Source: Nostoc punctiforme PCC 73102
GTDB taxonomy: Bacteria > Cyanobacteriota > Cyanobacteriia > Cyanobacteriales > Nostocaceae
Length of the DNA stretch: 32,000 nt
Assembly: GCF_000020025.1 (NCBI RefSeq)
Contig: NC_010628.1
Location: forward strand, 6,240,001-6,272,000
Direction of reading: 5' to 3'
The notes under the pieces are model-generated. The model saw only the letters and a list, made by a program, of their open reading frames with translations. It did no database searches and had not been told where the DNA came from. Position numbers and translations under genes: made by a program. Below, piece after piece: positions 10,382 to 16,834 of this stretch; position 1 is the first letter of the stretch, and every line of letters begins with the position of its first letter.

Positions 10382-10419
10382 GCAGAGAACACCGCACAAA
10401 ACAAGTGTAGAATCTCTGC
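10382..10419 (+). promoter_or_regulatory. Conserved 5'-leader hairpin of lanA1 (GCAGAGA ... TCTCTGC)
   Basis: A 7-bp stem is conserved in front of both precursor genes (second copy 10846-10871) while the loops differ. It is followed by the conserved GGTTTA..GTCAA.AAACGGAGGATA ribosome-binding region. Confidence 0.35.
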
Positions 10420-10455
10420 GGTTTAGATAAGTCAACAAAAACGGAGGATAGACGG

Positions 10456-10731
10456 ATGTTACACCAAATCAAAGAATTACTGCAAAACGCCCAATTACAA
10501 CAGCAAGTAAAAGCAGCAGCTAACCAAGCAGAAGCTATTAAAGTGTTAGCGATCGCTAGTGCAGAGAAAGGTTATAACTTCACAGTCGAAGCGATCTCTC
10601 AAATGCTGGCAGAATTGACCTCTGTGGCATCTGATGAACTGAGTGAAGAAGAATTACTCAGCGTTAGTGGAGGAGCCGTCTCTGAATCACACGTACACAT
10701 GTCATGTTGTAACGACTGTCCAACGAGATAA
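10456..10731 (+). CDS. lanA: Nif11-like-leader class II lanthipeptide precursor 1 (core AVSESHVHMSCCNDCPTR)
   Basis: 73-aa leader with Nif11-type features (helical N-terminus, acidic LSEEELLSVSGG double-glycine end). The 18-aa core has 4 Ser/Thr and 3 Cys. Strong GGAGGA ribosome-binding site. LanM lies immediately downstream. Confidence 0.9.
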   Translation: MLHQIKELLQNAQLQQQVKAAANQAEAIKVLAIASAEKGYNFTVEAISQMLAELTSVASDELSEEELLSVSGGAVSESHVHMSCCNDCPTR

Positions 10732-10906
10732 GCCAATTAGAGAAGCACGAGCCAGGGATTAACCAGAGTGGGGACTAGAGGAGTAAAAGATTACTCTGCT
10801 TGATTTTGCCATTCAGCAATCCCTTACTAAATTTAAAACAAAAAAGCAGAGAATATGCATAAAATCTCTGCGGTTTAATGAGTCAAACAAACGGAGGATA
10901 TAGCTT

Positions 10907-11182
10907 ATGTTACACCAAATCAAAGAACTACTTCAAAACGCACAACTACAACAGCAAGTAAAAACAGCAGCTAATCAAGCAGAAGCTATTAAAGTGTTAG
11001 CGATCGCTAGTGCAGACAAAGGTTATAACTTTACAGTCGAAGCTATCTCTCAAATGCTAGCAGAATTGACCTCTGTGGCATCTGATGAACTGAGTGAAGA
11101 AGAATTACTCAGTGTTAGTGGAGGAGCCGTCTCTGAATCACACGTACACATGTCATGTTGTAACGACTGTCCAACCAAATAA
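10907..11182 (+). CDS. lanA: Nif11-like-leader class II lanthipeptide precursor 2 (core AVSESHVHMSCCNDCPTK)
   Basis: Differs from copy 1 at 13 of 276 nt: 10 synonymous and 3 conservative changes (A20T, E37D, R91K). Confidence 0.9.
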   Translation: MLHQIKELLQNAQLQQQVKTAANQAEAIKVLAIASADKGYNFTVEAISQMLAELTSVASDELSEEELLSVSGGAVSESHVHMSCCNDCPTK

Positions 11183-11291
11183 ACCAAATTGAGTAGCACG
11201 AGCAAGGGATCGTGAGGAGTGAGGACTGGAGGAGTAAAAGATTACTCTGCTTGATTTTACTATTCAGTCATCCCTTACTAAATTTAAATCA

Positions 11292-11309
11292 GGCGCAAGG
11301 CTTTGCGCC
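11292..11309 (+). terminator. Hairpin GGCGCAA-ggct-TTGCGCC after lanA2 (possible partial terminator/attenuator)
   Basis: Perfect 7-bp GC-rich stem followed by cctatattt. A second perfect 11-bp hairpin AGGCTATATTC-atc-GAATATAGCCT lies at 11343-11367. Both precede lanM. Confidence 0.4.
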
Positions 11310-11418
11310 CCTATATTTAACATTTAACAGACACAAGTGAGAAGGCTATATTCATCGAATATAGCCTACACGAGTATTTTTCTACTTTTGTCTAACCACC
11401 ACCTTAAAAAGTTCAGCC

Positions 11419-14400
11419 ATGTCTCAACTATTTGTTCAATCTTCCCAGCAGATTCCTCTATCCGACTTAGCAACCATAGTCACTAAAGCCAGTTTTCTGT
11501 GGGAACGCCTCAATACAAAACAATTTGCGATCGCTGCTGGTTTGCTTAATGAACAAAAGATTGACCATCGCCTGGAACGCTGGTGTCAAGTCGTAGCACA
11601 AGGAAATTGGAATACTCTACAAAAACGTTTAGAGTGGGAAGGCTTAGACTTCGATACAATTCGCCCTCAATTGGGAACAGTAGAGTTTAATGCTGGTCAG
11701 CCGTTGCCAAAATGGGCAGAAACATTACAAAAAATTATTCAAACAGCAACAGAATTTCAGCCTGAATTAGAAACATTTCTCCCGACCGACTCAGAAAATC
11801 CTATTCCCTTTGAAGACATTTTTTTGCCTATTATTAAAGTCGCCAGGCTAGAACTTAGAACTCGACTTGAAGAACACCTTCCCCAATTACTTTTAACAGA
11901 AACCGCTTACCGCAATTTGGAACGGAGTTTGCTGCAACGGCTGGCGACATTTTGCACCAAAACACTACATTTTGAATTTTCTCAGGCTCGTCCATTTGGT
12001 CAAAACTTGCTCAACTTGTTGGGGCTAGAAACAGAAAGTGAAAAAACTAAGACTCACTACAATAAGTTTGTCAATCAACTTCTACAAGATGGATTGATGG
12101 CATTCTTTTGCAAATATCCAGTTCTCGGTCGATTAGTGGCAACCGTAGTCAACTTTTGGGTTGATTTCACTGCCGAGTTCTTGCAACGTCTGGCTGAAGA
12201 CAAAGCAGATATTCAACAAATTTTTGGAGAATTTGGGTCTGAGCAACCAGATTATTTAGGTAAAGTTGCTGAAATAAAAACTTCCTTATCTGATCCTCAT
12301 AAGCAAGGAAGAACCGTTATCTTGCTCACATTTGAGTCGGGACTAAAACTCGTTTATAAACCCAAAGATTTGGGTCTGGAAGTTAGTTTCAACCAATTTC
12401 TAGACTGGTGCAATCAACACAGCCATCTTTTAGATTTTAAAGTTATCCAAGTGCTTAACCGGAATAACTACGGTTGGGTAGAATATGTTGAACATCAAGC
12501 TTGTATTGATGAAGCTGCTGCGGAGCGCTTTTATCAACGAGCAGGGATGTTGTTATGTGTACTTTATACTTTACGGGGGACAGATTGTCACCACGAAAAT
12601 TTGATTGCTAGTGGTGAACATTTGGTGCTGATTGACACAGAAACTTTACTGCATCATGAAGCAAATCTGATTGAAAATTCACCAGATATGCAAGGATCTG
12701 AGGCCAACGCTGAACAGCAACTTGGAAACTCTGTACTCCGTAGTGGGCTTTTACCCCGTTGGGATTTTAGCAGCGATCGCCGCGTTGCGTATGATGTTAG
12801 TGGTTTGGGCAGTACTGACCCTCAGCAAGCTCCTCAGAAAGTACCGCGCTGGGGACTAGTTAATACCGACGAAATGCACTTGGGCTATGAGTTTATCACG
12901 TTACCTATTCAGAAAAATGTGCCGTACATAGGTGAAATTGGCCTTTCTCCCAATGATTATCAAGCACAAATTGCTGCGGGGTTTGAGCAGATGTATCGTT
13001 TTCTGATGGACAACAAGGATATGTTGTTTCAACCAAAGAGTCCGTTAACTGTGATGGGGAAGCAACAGGTGCGTTTTGTTTTTCGCCCCACTCGCGTTTA
13101 CAGCGTCATCCTACAAAAAATTTGGGCATCCGATTACCTCAAAGACGGGATAGACTACAGCATCGAACTTGAACGCCTCAGTTGTGCTTTTCTGGTCGCT
13201 CAGGAAAAACCTAATGCTTGGCATATTTTGAGTGCGGAATTACGGGCGATGGAACAATTAGACATTCCTTTCTTCACAGCTAACGCTGCTAGTGATGAAT
13301 TGAGTGTGAGCGATGATTTATCTATTCCGCACTATTTTAAACAACCCAGTTATCACCATGTCTTGAGGCAGTTACAGGCAATGAGTAAAACTGACCTTGC
13401 CAGACAAATAGCAATTATTCAAGGCTCGTTCCATGCCAAGTTAGCACAAACCTCCAGTGAAGAAAGTGAGCAATGGGACGTTGAATCTGCACCGTTGCTA
13501 AGTTCAGCACAATTGATAGAAGAGGCTGGAGCGATCGCTAATGCACTCGAAAAGACAGCGATTCTCGATCCTGATGGTAGTATCAACTGGATTGGCTTAA
13601 ATTATGTACCCGAAGCAGAGCGATTCCGACTGCAAGTATTAGGCTCTGGTCTTTATGATGGACGTTCTGGGGTTGCCTTATTTCTTGCTGCACTCAATAA
13701 AGTAGCCGGGGAGCCACGCTTGCGCGATTTAGCATTGAGGACATTACAACCCTTGCGTCGGCAAATCCAGACTTTTGACTTAGAATCTCAGCAACGTATG
13801 AGTCGCTTGATGGGAATCGGTGGGGGAGCGGGTTTGGGTTCTCTAATCTATGCTTTTGTGAAAGTAAGGCAATTCCTAAATGATGAAACGCTATTGGCAG
13901 ATGCTCAAGCATTAGCAGAGTGGATGACACCTGAATTGATTGCTGCCGATAAAAAATTGGATATCATGAGCGGAGCGGCTGGAGCTATTTTAGGGCTGTT
14001 ATCTTTGTATGAAGTCACAAAAGATGCAACCGTTTTAGAAAAGGCGATCGCCTGTGGGCAACATTTACTTTCTCGCCAGGTCAGCTATAAAGGCGCTCCC
14101 AAAGCTTGGCAGACTCTTGGCGAACAACCTTTAACTGGTTTCTCTCACGGAACAGCAGGAATTTCTTATGCTTTGCTGCGACTTTACACAGTTACTCAAA
14201 ATCAAGATTATTACGAAGCTGCACTGGCAGGCATTGAGTATGAACGCAGTGTCTTTTGTGAATCCCAAGGTAACTGGCCTGATTTTCGCAGTGCAGAGAT
14301 GAATCAACCACCGGGCTTTCCAGTGAGATGGTGTCACGGTGCAACTGGCATTGGTTTAGGACGTTTGGGTAGCTTGGGAGTTATCGATTCTCCTGAAATT

Positions 14401-14724
14401 GAACAGGAGATTGAAATTGCTTTGCAAACCACCCAAAATTACAGCTTACAAGACAGCGACCACTTATGTTGTGGCAACTTAGGTCGGATTGAGGTGTTGT
14501 TAGTCGGCGCTCAACGTTGCTCCCGCTCTGATTGGCATCAAATAGCCCTCCAGAATGCTGCAAATGTCGTAGCTAAAGCCAAGCAAACTGGAGCATACCA
14601 AATGTTTACTAATTTACCTAGTTCGGTATTTCATCCGAGTTTATTCCGGGGTACGGCGGGAATTGGTTATGAGTTGCTACGGCTAGCCACGGATGATCTG
14701 CCTTCGGTGCTGTTATGGGAATGA
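11419..14724 (+). CDS. lanM: Class II lanthipeptide synthetase LanM (N-terminal dehydratase, C-terminal LanC-like cyclase, CCG type)
   Basis: 1101 aa. Cyclase motifs SHGTAGI, WCHGATGIG and HLCCGNLG (Cys-Cys-Gly in place of Cys-His-Gly, as in ProcM-like enzymes). Adjacent to GG-leader precursors. Confidence 0.93.
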   Translation: MSQLFVQSSQQIPLSDLATIVTKASFLWERLNTKQFAIAAGLLNEQKIDHRLERWCQVVAQGNWNTLQKRLEWEGLDFDTIRPQLGTVEFNAGQPLPKWAETLQKIIQTATEFQPELETFLPTDSENPIPFEDIFLPIIKVARLELRTRLEEHLPQLLLTETAYRNLERSLLQRLATFCTKTLHFEFSQARPFGQNLLNLLGLETESEKTKTHYNKFVNQLLQDGLMAFFCKYPVLGRLVATVVNFWVDFTAEFLQRLAEDKADIQQIFGEFGSEQPDYLGKVAEIKTSLSDPHKQGRTVILLTFESGLKLVYKPKDLGLEVSFNQFLDWCNQHSHLLDFKVIQVLNRNNYGWVEYVEHQACIDEAAAERFYQRAGMLLCVLYTLRGTDCHHENLIASGEHLVLIDTETLLHHEANLIENSPDMQGSEANAEQQLGNSVLRSGLLPRWDFSSDRRVAYDVSGLGSTDPQQAPQKVPRWGLVNTDEMHLGYEFITLPIQKNVPYIGEIGLSPNDYQAQIAAGFEQMYRFLMDNKDMLFQPKSPLTVMGKQQVRFVFRPTRVYSVILQKIWASDYLKDGIDYSIELERLSCAFLVAQEKPNAWHILSAELRAMEQLDIPFFTANAASDELSVSDDLSIPHYFKQPSYHHVLRQLQAMSKTDLARQIAIIQGSFHAKLAQTSSEESEQWDVESAPLLSSAQLIEEAGAIANALEKTAILDPDGSINWIGLNYVPEAERFRLQVLGSGLYDGRSGVALFLAALNKVAGEPRLRDLALRTLQPLRRQIQTFDLESQQRMSRLMGIGGGAGLGSLIYAFVKVRQFLNDETLLADAQALAEWMTPELIAADKKLDIMSGAAGAILGLLSLYEVTKDATVLEKAIACGQHLLSRQVSYKGAPKAWQTLGEQPLTGFSHGTAGISYALLRLYTVTQNQDYYEAALAGIEYERSVFCESQGNWPDFRSAEMNQPPGFPVRWCHGATGIGLGRLGSLGVIDSPEIEQEIEIALQTTQNYSLQDSDHLCCGNLGRIEVLLVGAQRCSRSDWHQIALQNAANVVAKAKQTGAYQMFTNLPSSVFHPSLFRGTAGIGYELLRLATDDLPSVLLWE

Positions 14725-14783
14725 GGGCAAGTTGGGGACTTCATATTGGAGATTATTTTTCCCCAGTCCTCAACACCTCCCCC

Positions 14784-14906
14784 AATACGGTTCGGTTAAA
14801 GGGGAAAGGGAAAAGGGAAAAGGTTTTAAATACATCCTTTACCCCTTGCCCCAAAACCTTTTCCCAGACCACAAGGAAAGTTCATAGTGCTTATCCGAAC
14901 CGTATT
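14784..14906. repeat. MITE-like element with 12-bp terminal inverted repeats AATACGGTTCGG / CCGAACCGTATT and an internal hairpin
   Basis: Termini at 14784-14795 and 14895-14906. Internal GGGAAAAGGTTTT / AAAACCTTTTCCC. ACCTCCCCC lies on both sides (14775-14783 and 14910-14918). Confidence 0.65.
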
Positions 14907-14910
14907 GATA

Positions 14911-14944
14911 CCTCCCCCAGTTCTACCCGATTTCCCCTTAATCT
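14911..14944 (+). promoter_or_regulatory. C-rich box E plus -10: CCTCCCCCAGTTCTACCCGATT-TCCCCT-TAATCT, putative export-operon promoter
   Basis: 19/22 match to consensus with identical 6-nt spacing. Lies about 90 nt upstream of the HlyD-family gene ATG. Confidence 0.5.
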
Positions 14945-15035
14945 TAAAAGTCTAGAAGTCATCAAAATATTCTCTCAGAGGCTCTAGGCACTGTGAGCAT
15001 CGCATAGATGATCTGATACACAAAAGAGGGGAATA

Positions 15036-16475
15036 ATGCAACTCAAACACAGCCATATCTTTCGCCAAGAAGCTCTGGAACGCTTATCTTCACCAGAACA
15101 ACTGGATCAAGCGATAAATGTAGTCAAGCCTCAAGCTTGGTTGACTTTATCTACCATGAGTTTTGTAGTTGCTGTAGCTGGGCTTTGGAGTGTGTTCGGC
15201 AGAATTCCCCTGACTGTCACAGGTCAAGGTATCTTGATTAAACCGCACCATGTTGTAGAATTTCAAGCGCCCAGTTCTGGCCCGTTACTAACTTTGAAGG
15301 TAAAGGCGGGAGATATTATTAAGCAAGGTGATGTGCTGGGTATTATCGACCAATCAGCGCTAAAACAGCAACTACAGCAAGAGCAAGTAAAGTTGCAACA
15401 ATTGCAAACCCAAAATCAAGAGACTGACAGGTTACAAAAGCTGCTAATTGACCAACAAATCATTACTCTTGGGCAGCAGAGAATGGATTTGGAAAATAAT
15501 TTGCGTCGAGAGCAAGGTGCGCCAAAGTTACGCGATCAAACACAAAGAGCGATCGCTCAAAAACGTCAAAGCATTAATTCTCGCAAACAACAAATTAATT
15601 ATTTACTCAAAACTCTTAAAGGACGAGTTGATAATCGTCGTCACCTTTTTGAGCAGCATGTAATCAGCCAAGATATGTTGGTGCAAGCTGAACAGGAATA
15701 TTTTAACACTCAAAGCGAACTCTCAGATATTGACGTACAACTAAAGGATCTCGAAATCCAAGAAACCACCACACAACGAGAATATCTGGAAAATCTTAAT
15801 AGAATTGACGAAATTAAAACAAAAATTAAAGACCTGAATACTCAAAATACTAAATTACACGAGCAAGACCTGAAGCAATCAATTGACAAAACAAATAAAA
15901 TTCGGGAAGTAAAGCGCCGTATAGCCCAATTGGAACTCCAACTATCTCAAGAAAGTAGAATCATTAGCAAATACAATGGTCATATTCTGGAAGTGAGTGT
16001 TGTTCCTGGTCAAATGATGAATCCGGGTACTCGCCTAGGGTCAATCGAAGCTGAAGAAGCAAATTCAAAACTTATGAGCCTTGTTTACTTTGCTAATAAA
16101 GATGGTAAGCAAATCAAGCCAGGAATGGCTGTACAGGTGACTCCCAGTTTTGCCAAGCGTGAACGCGAAGGTGGTATTGTCGGAACGATCGCAGATATTT
16201 CTTCATTTCCGGTAACTACACAAGATATTACAGCGATCGTTGGTAACAAAGAAATGGCTGCCAGTCTTGCAGGTAAAGGCGAAGGTCAAGTGCAAGCTTT
16301 TGTCCAACTCCAAGAAAATCCAACATCAGTCAGTGGCTACAAATGGTCATCTTCTGACGGCCCTGCTTTAAAAATATCCTCCGGCACAACTACCTCTGTT
16401 CAAGTAAAAGTTGGAGAAAAAGCACCGATTTCTTATATTATTCCTATGCTGCGATCTTGGACGGGGATTTATTAA
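15036..16475 (+). CDS. HlyD-family membrane-fusion/secretion protein of the NHLP/Nif11-type bacteriocin export system
   Basis: N-terminal [16 protein letters not shown] motif, one TM segment, a biotinyl-lipoyl-like hairpin, a long Q/E/K-rich coiled coil, and a C-terminal beta-barrel. GAGGGG ribosome-binding site. Followed by a C39-ABC transporter. Confidence 0.88.
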   Translation: MQLKHSHIFRQEALERLSSPEQLDQAINVVKPQAWLTLSTMSFVVAVAGLWSVFGRIPLTVTGQGILIKPHHVVEFQAPSSGPLLTLKVKAGDIIKQGDVLGIIDQSALKQQLQQEQVKLQQLQTQNQETDRLQKLLIDQQIITLGQQRMDLENNLRREQGAPKLRDQTQRAIAQKRQSINSRKQQINYLLKTLKGRVDNRRHLFEQHVISQDMLVQAEQEYFNTQSELSDIDVQLKDLEIQETTTQREYLENLNRIDEIKTKIKDLNTQNTKLHEQDLKQSIDKTNKIREVKRRIAQLELQLSQESRIISKYNGHILEVSVVPGQMMNPGTRLGSIEAEEANSKLMSLVYFANKDGKQIKPGMAVQVTPSFAKREREGGIVGTIADISSFPVTTQDITAIVGNKEMAASLAGKGEGQVQAFVQLQENPTSVSGYKWSSSDGPALKISSGTTTSVQVKVGEKAPISYIIPMLRSWTGIY

Positions 16476-16478
16476 TTT

Positions 16479-16834
16479 GGGAATGGGGAATGGGGAATAG
16501 GGCATTGGGGTTAAAACTTGAATGTTCACCCTCAGAAGCTCAACGTCCGCCCTCAGAAGCTCAACGTCCACCCTCGGAAGCTCAACGTTCACCCTCAGAA
16601 GCTCAACGTCCACCCTCAGAAGCTCAACGTCCACCCTCAGAAGCTCAACGTCCACCCTCAGAAGCTCAACATTCACCCTCAGAAGCTCAACATTCACCCT
16701 CAGAAGCTCAACGTCCACCCTCAGAAGCTCAACGTTCACCCTCAGAAGCTCAACGTTCAAGTTTTAACTCCCAAATGCCCCATGCCCAATACTTCGGCTC
16801 CGCTCAGTACAAGTGCCCCATTCCCAATCCCAAA
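16479..16834. repeat. Inverted-repeat-bounded repeat element between hlyD and the ABC exporter
   Basis: Left arm gggaatggggaatggggaatagggcattggggttaaaacttgaa. Right arm ttcaagttttaactcccaaatgccccatgcccaat...gccccattcccaatccc, with complementary inner arms. Encloses the 21-bp array. Confidence 0.8.
16524..16754. repeat. Tandem array, 11 units of 21 bp (consensus GTCCACCCTCAGAAGCTCAAC)
   Basis: Counted unit by unit. The only variants are at unit positions 1, 3, 5 and 11. All three plus-strand frames and one minus-strand frame are open across it. Confidence 0.95.

Larger units (their letters stand above)
10381..11290 (+). repeat. Tandem duplication (about 450-bp unit) of the whole precursor cassette: leader hairpin, RBS, CDS and 3' flank
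   Basis: Unit 1 is about 10381-10844 and unit 2 about 10845-11290. The ATG-to-ATG period is 451 bp. The 3' flanks are alignable (..cacgagc.agggat...ggaggagtaaaagattactctgcttgatttt...cccttactaaatttaaa). Confidence 0.85.

Noticed and set aside
10196-10426. 76-aa ORF upstream of lanA1
   Set aside because: It spans the palindromic element, box C and the lanA leader hairpin. It is more simply explained as non-coding regulatory and repeat DNA.
14693-14987. ORFs 14693..14887 and 14715..14987 overlapping the lanM 3' end
   Set aside because: They run through the MITE-like element and box E, and have no ribosome-binding site or recognisable domains.
16524-16754. Possible CRISPR array
   Set aside because: The units are directly abutting 21-mers with no unique spacers between them, and no cas genes are nearby.
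16518-16781. TTG 16518 as the annotated start of the ABC exporter (842-aa form)
   Set aside because: It is not excluded, but it is simply the first start-like codon after a stop inside the repeat array. ATG 16782 is used for the feature and the ambiguity is reported as a finding.
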